A stretch of DNA of 64,000 nt from Eledone cirrhosa (lineage: Eukaryota), in the NCBI GenBank assembly GCA_964016885.1, contig OZ024747.1:69688001-69752000 (forward strand). Reading direction: 5' to 3'. This document shows positions 12,976-26,567 of this stretch, one piece after another; positions within the stretch are counted from its first letter, which is position 1; the number at the start of each line of letters is the position of its first letter. A model generated the notes under the pieces. It worked only from the letters and a program-made list of their open reading frames with translations, was not told the DNA's origin and did not search any database. Both the position numbers and the translations under genes were made by a program.

Positions 12976-13593
12976 TCTGTATATATAAAACTGAGGATGT
13001 CTGAATGTGTGTGTGTAAGTTTGAATCCCTAAAACTCGAGAACCACCCAACCGACTGTCTCCAAACTTTACACATGTAATACTTATGTTTCAGGGAGTGT
13101 TCTGCACAAGTTTATTATCTTTAAGGCCCGCATTAGATGAAAAATTGCGTTTTTAAGCTTTTTAGGGTTTTTTTGAGGCGTTACGTCAGACCGATTTCCT
13201 TGAAATTGTAACTATGTATTAGTCAGTCTCTTCTTCATACCGTGAGCAAAGAAAATTCAACTTTTTTTTATGGCCTAGGGCCCGCATTAGGTGAAAAACT
13301 TTATTTTTTCAGCTTTTTAGGGCTTTTTGGAGGCGTTACGTCTAGCCGATTTTCACGAAATTTTAAGGCATATTATGCACATAAAAAAAAATTCATTTTC
13401 TTGTTCCCCTAGGTGAAAACCTACATTTTTCCTACATCATCGAGGAAAATTCTTAAAGATTATCCAGCCATCAGAGTATTCGGTTTATTTTCTTTACATA
13501 TTGTCCAGGCATGCAGTTTTTCCACGATTAGATCTGTTGGCGGCCCGCCTTCCAAAATATCTTATCCCGTGCAACGCCGGGTACCACTGCTGG
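12976..13593 (+). mobile_element. non-autonomous Helitron family B, complete
   Basis: A|TC start, subterminal hairpin CCCGTGCAACGCCGGG, CTGG|T end (CTRR), no TSD. Internal duplication ~13125-13207 / ~13279-13363. Confidence 0.8.
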
Positions 13594-13697
13594 TATATAT
13601 ATATATATATAAATCAGGATGTATTCAGTTTGAAACTGGTTAGACCATTACTCAACAGAGTACTCGATACTTGGGGTAGTAGATTATGGTTATATTA

Positions 13698-13803
13698 AAA
13701 GAGTCAGGATCCGACGGCTGAGCTCTTATTGTTTCAACAGCTAGTCTGGAACTAGATGTTGAAACAAGAAGAGCTTAGCCAAACTGTCAAGTCCCGACTC
13801 TTT
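13698..13803. repeat. palindromic MITE-like hairpin
   Basis: Inner 30-bp arms (13716-13745 / 13751-13780, 3 mismatches, 5-nt loop) plus outer AAAGAGTCAGGA / TCCCGACTCTTT arms. Confidence 0.75.
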
Positions 13804-14186
13804 ATAATAAAAGATAACGAACAGTGTGATTTTGCAGGGTTTTAACCAGATTTTCTGTTTCACACGTTTACGATGTACCAGGTAATTGTAATTTACAACA
13901 TCTACTTCGCTAATTATATGCATAAGCAAACGTTTCGGAACATTTCGGATAATGCCGTTACGAGAAACCGTGACAGATATTTCTAGGCATGTATTAATTT
14001 TAAAAATACAATTGTCAATATATATATATTTTTTTCTGCTTTTGAATTTTTGTTTATGTTTTTTCCATGTCCCCCCCCCCCCCGCACTCTCAAGAGCGTG
14101 AACCTAATAAACCTTTATTTGTCTGCCTCTCTGTTTTGTTCCCGTCTATTTGCACTATGTATATATATATATATATATGTATATAA

Positions 14187-14265
14187 AAGGTAAACAGAAA
14201 TAACAACACAATCGGTAATCCCTTCCATATACTGTACCGATTATGTTGTTATTTCTATTTACCTT
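14187..14265. repeat. 31-bp-stem hairpin within a TA tract
   Basis: AAGGTAAACAGAAATAACAACACAATCGGTA / TACCGATTATGTTGTTATTTCTATTTACCTT with a 17-nt loop. Confidence 0.85.
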
Positions 14266-15229
14266 ATATATATGTATATATATTTATTTATTAATGGACT
14301 TTTCCACCAAAATTACTGACTAAACACACACGTCTTTTCCTCATGTAAAAAGGTTTTCCTTTTCTTACTCTCGTCTATCATATTTCTTCTATCGCTCATT
14401 CAATCTTCCGATGAATGACTAACGACCTAAGTTTTAAGAATCTTTTCCTTCTATAATAAACGTTAAACTAATATATATCCTTATTGTACTTTATTGCTCT
14501 TCTGTGATTTTTTCTTGTTGATGTTTCACGTGCAAATCGGTATTTGTGAAGCAAATTTCATAACAGACCACTATCTCGGTATCTATGAATAAATGCATAA
14601 ATTTCTAGAAACGAAATGACTAGGCGATTTGATTTGAAATTTGCTTTCTTTATAGCATAAAAAGTGACCAGAAAGTGTCATTCCATTTTTTTTAGTCACA
14701 ATCGGCTATAGGTATTTCAATGTTTTACGGGACAGCTAATACTTAACTATTAAGGATAGCAACCAAACATTTCTAGTACCTAATGTTTTCCTCTCTGAAG
14801 GAAGATATGTGCATATATATTACACGTTTAGTGTTATAAAACATGAATTTATGCATTTATCACATTATTCAATCATTGGAATTCAGAAATATTAACTTTA
14901 TTTTCTAATATACTGCAATAAAATCTACGTTAGAACATGTGTTGAAGTTGGTAGTATATTGCGTAAAAACATATTAGAAATATCGTGCTAAAATCTACAT
15001 AATTATGTGGAAAATCTAAAAACTCCGCCTTAAATTGTACTTTAAAAGAAAATGCTGCGTTAAATTCGTTAATTATACTAGCTTTTGTAGAAAATTGAAT
15101 ATATTTGTCTTAGGGACGAAATGGCTGTGACCTTTTTCATAGAGCCGCTGTGAGTGATAGCAGAAAGAGATCTTGATACCTACTCAACACCGAAGATCTG
15201 TAGGAGTACTTGAGAAAGAAACAAAATGG

Positions 15230-15800
15230 GAATTTTAAAGTCATTCATACTTTGCTGACGAAATAATTCTCTTCTCAAGCTCATGAACTGAAACTAATAT
15301 TAAATCAACTGAACAGTGAAAACAAGTGAATTAAAAATATTGGAAGAAAATACGAGTCATATTCAATGACCATGCAATAAATGAGGTCATCAAAGTCCAT
15401 AATGATACTGTGATAACAACAGAAATATATTTATCTTAGATAGCTTCTAAAAGCAAAATATTGCTATTTGAAAGAAGGAAAAGGACGAATCCAACTGGAT
15501 AGTGTGGATTTGTCGAATTAAGAGACATCATAAAAAGTATAATGCCACTATGTCTGAAACAGAGATTGACCTGTGTGTTACATTTGCAAGGATTCGTGGT
15601 ACAGAAACGTGGAAAGATGTATGTTAAGTCTAAATAAAATGGATAAGAAAGAGAACAAAACCAAAGTAGGCGAGATAAATCATATTTAAAAAAAAAAGAA
15701 AATGAAGATGAGCAGGGCAAGTAGCACGAACAAATGATAAAGATGGACACAGCTGTGCGCGCAGTCGAAGAATACCAAGGATGAGATAGAGAGATTATAT
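15230..15800 (+). pseudogene. highly degenerate RTE LINE RT / C-terminal fragment
   Basis: Remnant motifs FADEIILF (~15251) and AGQVARTNDK.WT (~15710), in the order expected for RTE. Confidence 0.5.
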
Positions 15801-17274
15801 CGACGAGAAGGATAATATAAAACCAGTCCGTACCAGTCTGAGGAGACCTTCACTTTACAGTGGGTAAATGGCTGATAATTCTGATGAAGAATGACGACTA
15901 ACCAAACTGTACAATACTTTTTTCTATATATAAAGACTTTTGCCACTTAAAGTAGACTTGAATAGGCTATACTATGTTGAGGACTCCTAATAAGACTAGC
16001 ATTTCTGTTGCTGTCCACTTGTCTTCAAATAAAGACCAGATTTCCCCTACGCATGTAGACTGAGTTTGTGGAATTCATTCATTAATTATTGAAATTGTCT
16101 ACCCTTTACTGTGACAGCCACATAGAATTACAACTAGATTCTTTCTCCAATTATAATGAAAATATCAATTGGGATTTTTACGTACATCATTCAGTACATA
16201 TTCAGAACATAACCAGTTAAACAATGATTTCAGCAATGACCATACTGTCTATTTAAGGGTATATACTCGGATGTATCTTTCAATAATTTTAAAGACGGAA
16301 GAAAGTTTTTTAGATTGATTTGGCTGCTATTTCTGAAAGGTTGACCGACCAAACAAAGCCTTCCTCATTGACTCATGCAGCAGCAGCAGTAGTTGTAAAG
16401 GTGGTGGTACTGACAGTAGTAAGGCTGGTCTTATAGTACTGATGGTAGAAGGTGGGAAAAGATCCAAAGAAGATCCAGAGATCGGCAATGAAAATTCGTA
16501 TATAGTGTCCAACAAATGACAGTTTTGCCATTATGGCACTGAGTGCACAGGTATTTTTGAAAGGTCAGTTGGCATTTTGCTGCCAATCAAACAATGTTTA
16601 TTTCCAAGAAATACAAGAATATTATTTGATTGTTAGCATTTGGATATTGTTTAAAGTGTTGTATTATCCTCATATATCGCTCTCATTTTTCTCTCCTTTT
16701 CTTTTATACAGATTTTATTTGTAGGGATTTGATCTTTAATAACGTTTGAGAGAAGAGCAAACTGACGTGAATTTCGCGATTTATAGTTTCCAGAGATAAA
16801 TAAATATATAAATAGATATGTAAATACATAAATAATATATAATATATAAAAATAATAAATTATCATGCTTTTATTCGTAGAAAAAGCTTCATCTTTGATG
16901 TGAATATATCGCACGTGCTTTTGGCTCCTCTAGTTAGTTTCGAATTTATTGTTAAAGATTTAAATATTTGTTATAGCTATCTCAAATATGGTGACACCGT
17001 TGGTACCGTCTAAGCAGGCGAGACAACAGGGAAACTGGACGTGGGAAGTGGTTCAACGTGTGAGCACGCGTCTTTATTCCCTCAAATCGGGATTTTCCAT
17101 CACTATATTGCTCTTACAGAACAGGTGAAAAAACACGAAAGCAAGAACACGAACAAGAAAATATGCAGTGAAAGCAACTACCACCCACAATACAACTACC
17201 ACTACCGCTGAAACCTCAGCACTCAACACTTAGCTGTTAGTGATACAATCACCGCAGCATTAGGTTCCAATAAC

Positions 17275-17458
17275 TGTTTCTACTTTTGGCACAAGGCCAG
17301 CAATTATCCCAGTGAATTACTGGTACTTTATTTTATCGACTCCGTAAGGATGAAAGGCAAAGTTAACCTCGGCGGGATTTGAACTCAGCCCGTAAAGGGC
17401 CGTAACTATGCTGCAAAGCATGGCGTCGGACCCTCTACCGATACTGCCAATCCATTGC
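17275..17458 (-). mobile_element. tRNA-derived SINE family 2
   Basis: Highly similar to the reverse complement of 23003-23187. Confidence 0.9.
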
Positions 17459-18729
17459 TTTTGGTTTCAATAACAACGAAAAAGGCAAAGACAACAACGA
17501 CAAAACTATAGAGATTAAAAACGGGGTGAGCACCAGCCCCAAGAGAAGGAAAATTTCGCAATGTAACAGAAAAACTACATCATAGCGCTAGACACGCTCG
17601 CACCCAAAGATGACGTTATGGATAGGAGTCAAAGGCACTCACTAGCGTACAAATATTACAAAAAACTTTACAATCGAAAACCCGGGACCGACTAAAAAAA
17701 AAAATTATTTGGAATAATTGCTGTGCATTATGGCCCATTAATAGAGGAAAGGAGGAGGTTTGCAGTTTTTCAATAATCGCTGCTCCTCTGACGACGAATT
17801 TCTGCTGTCATTATATATGGGTAATACATAAACAATTTCACCGTTCATAATATATCGTCCCACAAAATTAGTTAGAATTTTGTTTGAAGTCGCAAATGCT
17901 AATTCCAGTAGGCCTAATATCATTCGCCGATCAGATACATCTAACAATCGGAGAACAAATAGCTCTCTATTTAAACATCCGTGAAACTAACTTTACCACC
18001 AACACCACAGCAACAACGAGGAACCACAACAGTAGCATAAGTAGTGGTTGCCACAACAACAGCAACAATATAAACTGAAAAACAACAACCTCAGAAACTC
18101 TAGAAACAGAATTACCCAAAATGATAATAGGGACAAAAAATTTCCTTTCCTTGCCACCGTCAACAAAATATAAACATACCTACTTGTGTAGACATATCAC
18201 TCTCTCATACTCTTCATACTTATTATAGGAAAATGGGCTATGGTGCTCACAGGAGAAAAAACAAAAATAAGGGCTAAATATGGCTCCATAAGCATAGAGG
18301 CACCATCACAAGCAAAACGAAAAGAAACACCAACACCACAATTGCATCTAAACTCGCAACTACACCACCAAAAATGGAACACACAGATAAAACACCAACC
18401 ACAAAAAGAATAAGAAACAATTACCAACCACACACACAAATCACACCCACATCCACAATTGTAAACATTTACAATGTGGAGATTTTAAAAAGAAGAAATA
18501 ACAGCATCAAGAGGAGAAGCTCTTTCCTAAACAGGTTCATAAAAAACCCACAAAACATTGGTAGGAAACTCACAAAGATTCTCAAACGATGAGTGGTGGA
18601 GTAAGAATAAGGTTACGAAACAACTTTTAGAAGAATCATTCAAGCTGTACCCCTCAAATACTGAAAGGGCCATTCTACCCTTCCTCTCACAAGAGTACGT
18701 GATTTCATCTTCCTGATCAGCAGGGTCTT

Positions 18730-19180
18730 ACTAAGATTAAGAATTATAAATATACGTGACTTGAGATTGCATTGGAATGAAGGGTACTTCATTAATTACC
18801 CGAGATAACTTGATATAGACATGGCAGCCATCAGCGAGACCAGAATTTGCAAACCAGATACGCTCAAAATCATCTTCAACGTCTATAAATCTGTTATTCT
18901 GGGTGGATAGGGTGTTGGAACGGCAGCGTTGTTTTGGAAAGGATTGGGTCTCATGGTACAGACAATTACCCTTGAGTCGGAGGGACAGTCGGTGGCCATG
19001 GACGTGAGCAACAAAGTTGGTGTCTTCAGACTAGTGGCCATGTGTGATCCTATAAAAGTAGAGAGGTCTGACGTATTCAGGAATAACGAAACTTTCTTAG
19101 GTAGATCTAATTCTTTCATACTAGTGGGAGACTGTAATGGCAACTTAAACACTCGTTTGGATTGCGTGAATTTGTCAGAT
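18730..19180 (+). pseudogene. degenerate APE endonuclease of an L1/Tx1-type LINE
   Basis: INIRDL...DIDMAAISETR...VFRLVAMCDP...FILVGDCNGNLN match the NVRG / QET / YAP / GDFN motifs. Upstream 17.0-18.7 kb may be decayed ORF1. Confidence 0.6.
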
Positions 19181-19184
19181 AAAA

Positions 19185-19231
19185 AAAATATTTGGAAGTG
19201 AACGTGACCCAACGTGTCATTGGTGGTCTAG
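19185..19231 (+). mobile_element. orphan 3' end of Helitron family A
   Basis: AAGTGAACGTGACCCAACGTGTCATTGGTGGTCTAG matches 10726-10762. Confidence 0.65.
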
Positions 19232-21807
19232 GAGCTATTAAAGATATGTCTTTGAGTGTGGTTTGTATAAATGTTATTTCAATTTTAGATATCCTGAATC
19301 TTAGTCTTCAATTGATTAAGAACATACAAATCCTGATCATCAAAGTCTACGAAATGAAGCCAAAATTTTAACTTGCGCTGAATGTCTTGTTAGAGTCACA
19401 ACATAAAGTTACAACGTGTTACTAAGTCAAATCTCTGACGAATGAGCGAGCCTCAATGAGGTTATTCAACCTGCTAGATCGTACAACAATATTTCCCTCA
19501 ATTCTTACACTGCCTTCTTAAAAGTGCCAAAGCGGAGAATGATAGTTGTGCATCCAGAATGATATAATTCTAGATATTGAATTTTGCCTGAAAAATAAGA
19601 CGAGAGAATTTCTATACGTCATTTGATGTGCTAGAAAGAGCAACAAAATTCCCCAGAAATAACATCGTACCACCTTTAAAAATTATGTCCTAGATAGATT
19701 ATAGTTGAAAACAAAATGACGAGGTGGTTCCAACTTAAGTGCTTTTGATCATAGATCTGTTGAATCACTATAGAACTAGGGCTAAACAACAACAATCTAA
19801 AACTCAAACAATTCTCTATCCAGCTAGCCTCTGATTATAATTCACTTTCACGTTGTCGATATTCATTTAACCTAATGTACTCAGTTATTGCAATCAACTC
19901 AATAACATTGCTCATGTTCTTTGCAGAAAGACCTGAACGTCCCACAGTCTAATATTTTTTCTTCATCCTTGAGATGTAATATTTATGCTAGAAATCAATA
20001 TTTTTAATGTTGTGATGATATTTTTGTGCGATAAGTGTATTTCATATCAGAATTGCAAAACTCTTCTCAACCAGGATTTCCGACAGCTGTCTATTTATAA
20101 ACGAAAACATTCTGTGTCTGAATAAAAATGTTACCTTTAAAGTAGATACTTAAGACAGCTTGGTAATTTGTTGTATTTCTATATACTACATCCCACAAAA
20201 CACGGAAGCAGTTTCTAAACGAAATATAGAAGAACAACGTGATGACCAGAAGAAGGGAAAAAAAGTAGATACTGCTAAGTGGATATGCGAAAAAAAAAAA
20301 AAGATGACTACGGTGAGATTTGGCCTGAAGACTTGATATGAGAACGAAACGCATAAATCACTTCAGATTAATACTATTATTGCTATTTCTTACCATCTGA
20401 TATTTGGAACCAAGAAAATCTCCTTATAAAAACTTTCATTTCATCATGTCTATCAAAAAGCTTTGACGATCTAGCAAAGCACGCCATCGGCTAGTATATA
20501 TATAAGCACGCCAAGAAAGATCGAGGGAGAGAGGAAAAAAAGAGAGGAAAGCAAAAACAAAAATGAAACCATTAGATTTCCTCTGATATTACAAGATTTC
20601 AATTTACTACTTATTTGGGAGTTTAGGAGAAAAACTAAGTATGTTTAAATAGATTGGTTATTGTCTGTCAGTAGTATACTAATGTTCAAACTGTGTCTTC
20701 TTTGCAAACATTTATCAGATGTACATATGCCAAAAGAGAGCTATCTGAAGTATTAATGGAATATAAAGAATGAATGAAGATGAAATGATATTGAGGAATA
20801 TTTAAATAGATTCCATTTTCTGTTTCACATTGGTTCTAATAATAACCTGGCTGATATTATAAAAAAAGTTGTTAATATTCTATGAAAGGAGAGTCTATCA
20901 ATATAACTGGTGGAGGTGGTGAAGAAATATGCCAGGAGTCTGCTAGCATTTGTCTAATAGTGATTTGATACATATAATATCCAAATAAAAGTGTCTCAAA
21001 CTTATAAGAGCATATTTTGAGAAGTTACTAAAGAAAAATAACAAAAAACTTGGGAAAACTTACGGAAAAAAATTCTGTAAGATCATCTGAAGCATTTGAA
21101 GAATAAATGCCTTGAGCAATTCACACAACACTGTTGCATCGGTAACCCTTTGGCTATTAGTCCAAAACAATTTTCATTTTGGCTAACTATGGCAAGCTCT
21201 ATCGGCCTTTACCTTCCTATTGTACGAGATTGGTGGATGACACGAATGGGAAGAATTGTATGCAAACATAACTGCTGACCAAAAAGATGAAATGTAAAGT
21301 TGCAGATGTGTATGTCCTTTATTATACACATCAAGTATCAGAGAATGCAGTAAACCGTAAAGAATTTCGAGAAGCTAAATAAAGCACTAACTAAATGACA
21401 AAGGCAAAGAAAAACCCCAATATAATGACAATTTAAACACAAATGGAATTCTAGGCTACTGTGGTGCAATCTGAGTTTGTTGCCATGGCCGTTGTCCCAT
21501 AGATTATAACCCCAGTTTTACAGACCCTAAAGAATAAGCGTGTATCTCTGTTCTTTCAAGAGCACCCGGCTAAGGTAGTTAGTGTGGATAATGAATACAA
21601 AACCATACAGTATATATTATATATGTAGCCGTAGATACAACTTCTACAATATTTCACTCAAAATGATTTAGTGAAATATAGTAAGAACGTAATCGGAAAT
21701 ACATGGTTGAAAATCAAACTTCTTAACCATGCAGCCATACCTGTGCCCATTGAGTTCAAAATAGCCATTTCCTGCTCTTGGACAAATTTATTTGAATAAT
21801 TTTACAG

Positions 21808-21842
21808 AAGAAGCAGAAGACGCTAGGGGAAAATCATAAACG
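21808..21842 (+). CDS. candidate coding exon (KKQKTLGENHK-R)
   Basis: TTTTACAG acceptor, GTATGT donor, open frame. Protein not recognised. Confidence 0.35.
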
Positions 21843-22501
21843 GTATGTATGATATATTAAAACATTTATCTGCTTTATTTGTGTTTCGTACTTACTTTAC
21901 ATCAGTTTGTAATTACCTTTTTCTATGAGAGAGGGAGGAACTAGTCCTTAGCTCTTCATTTCCCGAAAAAGTGTGGATACACTCCCACCCACCCTACACA
22001 CATATGACCCTTCTTGCAGCGCAACATAGCTGATTCCGAGAACATTTGATGTTATTTATCGACGCTGGAAGGATTTGAACTCAGCACACACATAGCGAGA
22101 AAAATGCTCCAAATCATTCTATCCGAGGGCCAAATAACTATCAATTTGCTGCCTTTATTACCTATATATTTTGTACAAAGTTTCTTGTCGGTTGTATAAT
22201 AGTCTTCTTTGAATATTTAATTTAATCATTTGATATATATCTGAAAGGTAAGAAACAGAAGTTTGGAATAATTTTACATCCTTTTTTGTCGTAGTTTAAA
22301 AAATTACTTTCAGTCATTGATGTGTTTTGTTTTAAATTTCCTGTTACTATATTGTTTACTCCTTCTGTGGAGTTTAATGAAATGTCTAATGTTGTTTCAC
22401 TCATCTTTATGTCGATCGTCCTTAAGCTATGAACTTCATCATGTACAGATTCTTTCTCTTTGTGGAATGTTCAAATGTTCTTCTATTCATTCCCTTTTTA
22501 G

Positions 22502-22520
22502 TTATCGAACCAGAATCCAG
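22502..22520 (+). CDS. candidate 19-nt microexon (R-YRTRIQ)
   Basis: Long pyrimidine tract ending TTTTTAG, consensus donor CAG|GTAAGT, phase-compatible with the 21808 exon. Confidence 0.35.
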
Positions 22521-23002
22521 GTAAGTGTAGTTATTTATACAATGAGCTTCCGTGCAATAACCTTGTGGTTACAAAACGTAATTCATAACAGCATACATAT
22601 ACCTGGTGAGTACGGCTACACCCCTGAGTGTAGCCGTACAACAGGAGTGAGAAGACCCTGGATTAGATTGGACCTATACCTTCACCAGTTGAAAGCAAAG
22701 AACTTAAATTAGTTTTTGTGCTATATGAATTAAGAAAATTCTAAAACCAAAGCAAACTGAAATGAAAAAAAATTGCAAATTGATTTGTAATTTAATTATT
22801 TACAGTTAAAGTTTCTTTATATCAGTATTTGTACGTGAATTTAGTTATGATTGTCGCACTTATGATTGTCGCACTTGGTGGGGAATTGCACACCCTTTTT
22901 TCTCTTCATTTCTCGTGTCTTTTATGTGTTTATATTTGAATATATTATATGTGTTTGTGTTTTTGTTCTGTAACCATTGTATTATTATATTTTTATACAT
23001 AC

Positions 23003-23187
23003 GGGCGGTGAATTGGCAGTATCGGTAGAGGGTCGGACATGCTTCCCAGCATAGTTACGTCCCTTTACGATCTGAGTTCAAATCCCGCCGAGGTTAACTT
23101 TGCCTTTCATCCTTACGGGGTCGATAAAATAAAGTACCAGTAATGTACTGAGTAATTGCAGGCCTTGTCCCAAAAGTAGATACAATC
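23003..23187 (+). mobile_element. tRNA-derived SINE family 2
   Basis: A box TGGCAGTATCGG, B box GAGTTCAAATCC, body GCCTTTCATCCTTACGGGGTCGATAAAATAAAGTACCAG. Confidence 0.9.
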
Positions 23188-24270
23188 ATTTTATTGGAAT
23201 GTCAATATCTGCCACAGCCTCACCGCATACTTATATATAAATTAGTTTTGGCCTCTCCAACTCTTCTTTGCAGCAAATGGATATTCTCACCAATGCAACC
23301 GCTCCACAAGAAGCAAAAGAGTAATTGTAAACCTATCATATGTAGTCTGGGGAAAGCCTAATTGTTACGAATTCAATGCTCTCATTCACTACCCCTGTTC
23401 AATCATCCCGAGACAGCTTACTCGCAGCTCATACTGAGATTAGACATACCCCATTGCTTTTAATCTTGTTCCAGTTCTTATCCAACAGGTGATTGATTTG
23501 AATTGATTTAGAACCCAAGTACTTTAACGATAAACTCCACTACTGAAGCTAGTAGTGGTGACGACATTGACAATATTCAGTGTAGGATTTAGGTTTAGCT
23601 ATAAACCAGTATAAAATCTTTGAACAAATTATGACCATGTATTGTTATCATTGTCATCAGCATCATCATCCCACCATCCACGCAAGAAATAATTAGTTTC
23701 ATAATATTTCCAAACATTCAAGTTTATTAATTAATCAGCAACCATATGAAACTGCAACATTTCATTGGATAGAATGTATTATTCATCTATCGAGTACTTT
23801 GGTTTCAAAAAGTAATTTCCTGCAAACACGTGACAGTCTACTAATAACACACGACAATTACAAGTGCAATTATTTACCTCGAGCTATTGTCATATAATTT
23901 GTTTAATCATCATTTCAACACAAATTGATTGATAATATACATACCTTGATATATTTATGACGATAATTATGTAATAGTTATTCTCCACATATTTCCTACT
24001 TCAATTACTTCACAATATTATTACATTTGCACGAGCAGTAAAGTAGAGTTAGATGAGTTCGCAGCAATATTTCGATCTCTGGTGGAGCCATTTCATTTAG
24101 GTTTTAGCTCGTATTTCAATTTTCTGACCTGAAGAACTGTGTGATGTCCTAGAGCGTGGTTTTTGGTGAATGGACATATGGATGACAAGAGCAAGAGAGA
24201 TGAGTGAGTGAGGAGGACTTTAGTGGAAATAGCACGAAATTTCAGAGCTCTGAGAAGCAGATGCCACTAT

Positions 24271-24509
24271 AATTGTTTCTACTTTTGGTACAAGGCCCAG
24301 TGCATTATCCCAGTGCATTACTGGTACTTTATTTTATCGACACCGTAAGGATGAAAGGCCAAGTTAACCTCGGCGGGATTTGAACTCAGACCGTAAAGGG
24401 GCGTGATTATACTGCAACGTCCCTTTACGGTCTGAGTTCAAATCCCGCCGAGGTTAACTTTGCTTTTCATCCATACGGGGTCGATAAAATAAAGCACCAG
24501 TAATGCACT
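24271..24509. mobile_element. two head-truncated SINE family 2 copies fused head-to-head
   Basis: Minus copy 24271-24415 directly abuts plus copy 24417-24509. Confidence 0.9.
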
Positions 24510-26451
24510 ATAATAGCAGTAGGAAAGGAAGGAGGAGACAGTATGTCTGCAGGACAAAGCCTGAAGTGTGTTGGCAAGCAATGTTATGCTAATTAATCAG
24601 ATAATCATTTATATACAGGGAGAGCTATGCAACTCAAAGAATAGTGCCCTTAATAGGTAACTCTAAAACGTATGCTTTGAGTGTTCTCCCTTCTACCTAA
24701 AGAATTATAGTTATCACACATTATCATATGGATAGTTAATAACTGCCGAGAGATGCTCAAATGGATAGGTTATTTAACTATCAGATCAGAGGCCATGTAA
24801 GTTCAAATCCGTTTTAGGCCTGTGTATTTTATTTCTGAGTAGAATATTTTAATTCATATTGTCTTGGTCATATCTAACCCTTAGTTATATACATTTAGCT
24901 GTTACAAGTTACACCAAGGATAATTTCCTTACTCCCTTTCTCAAAGGCCAAGAAAACGTCTATGTGCATTGCTCTTCCTTCTCTGACTAAATCATAAAAA
25001 ATAGCAGTCATAAATAGGTACCAAATAGCGATATTCTAACGATCCATCCAGTCTTGATATTATTATTACAAAATGATTAGTATTACAAGTCTACTAATGC
25101 TAGTAATATATTTGATACTATTATCAAAATCATTGCTGCTATAAAACGGGTAATTAATATGATTGTTATTACAACCCTATTATTACGGGTGTTAACTTCA
25201 GGACTACTCTCAAAGCCATTGCTGCTACGAATGTAATGAGTTGATGGCGGTTATTAGTAAATAATAGTTATTAAAACTCCTATCATCATTATTGCTAACA
25301 CGGTTATTAAAACATTTACCTATTATTACTACCCTAACTACTATTAACTATGAGAATATTTATTTCGGTACAATATTTTGGAATTTTATTACCTATTGCA
25401 ATATCTAAACTGCTAACATAGATGTGATCAACCTTTGGCATGGAAATGTAGTCAAGTGACTCAGAGGTCAAATCCCCCAACTTGACCAGACGCTTGGGGC
25501 ATCTATTTGTATTATCAGATTTACTGACGCTTAGTGACTATGTCTGACACGGCTTTGTATGTCAAATAATAAACTATAATAGTTATAAATTTAGACAAAG
25601 GACTACGTTTGTAATTGGTTAATGTATATATGGTCGGTAACTCGTACGGGAGTCGTAGGGGGCCCGGTATTGACATACGACGTTTCTTGGACAATTTCAA
25701 ACCTGCCGGAGACTGGGTTAATAAACTCTTAAAATAATATATTCTCCTAAAATTATGAAATAAATATTAACTTTAAATCATATAGTTATGAGGGAAATCT
25801 CTACAGACTTTTCTGTAATAAAATACATAGGAGCTTATATACAGAAACATTTGTAAATAATTCTAAAAAATTGGTGATTGAAACATCCGTTGTTTCTCAA
25901 TTATAACCCCTGTAAAAAGAACAGCGGAGATTCTCGGATCAAATCTAGGATAACATAGCTCGGAATTTGAAATCTATCTATTTGATCACCACTTTCCGAA
26001 ACTTCCCTGAGCCAACAATTTAAGTTAGAAAGAAAACGGTTTGACAATGATTTTATTTGCATAAATATTCACAATCATTCAATTTAATATAACTGTAAAT
26101 GTTGAACTAATGATGACCGCCAGAATAAGTCATTTTTTTTCTTTTCACGCGGAATACAGGCATTCCTAAGTAATTCAATAATACCGGTGTTAAGGAATTT
26201 GAAAAGAAATTGTCTTTCGTTTGGGAATTCATGCTTGGTTTAGATTTGTTGTACTCGACTACGTTTCTGTTGATACTGGATGGAGTTACGGGACAGGTAA
26301 TTATATAAGGGTAAAGACGCCCTTCAGTAAAAAGAACAAACAAGGAAGTTAATTTTAAAGAAAACCACCAGTTGGCCATACATACCAGTCCCCACCTTCC
26401 ACATTTTCCAGGAGAAAGGCAACGACCAATGTAGCTTGGCATTCATTTCTG

Positions 26452-26567
26452 GTGCAAGGTGAAATAGTGTCTTACTCAAGGACACAACGCACCGCCCTCT
26501 CCTGCAATCGAACTCCCAACCTCACAATTTTGTATCCACGGCTCTAAACACTATGCCATATGACTTC
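26452..26567 (-). mobile_element. diverged SINE family 1-like head
   Basis: Reverse complement has TGGCATAGTG, GAGTTCGATT and TGTGTCCTTGAGTAAGACACTATTTCAC. Confidence 0.6.

Noticed and set aside
20470-20500. GCACGCCATCGGCTAGT, a possible Helitron 3' end
   Set aside because: No clear hairpin or matching 5' end.
20590-21360. Possible decayed hAT-type transposase (QHCCI near 21127)
   Set aside because: Too degenerate; no continuous frame or termini to support it.
26054-26140. Octamer ATTTGCAT and a box-C-like ATGATGA
   Set aside because: No box D, terminal stem or recognisable snRNA body; short motifs expected by chance.
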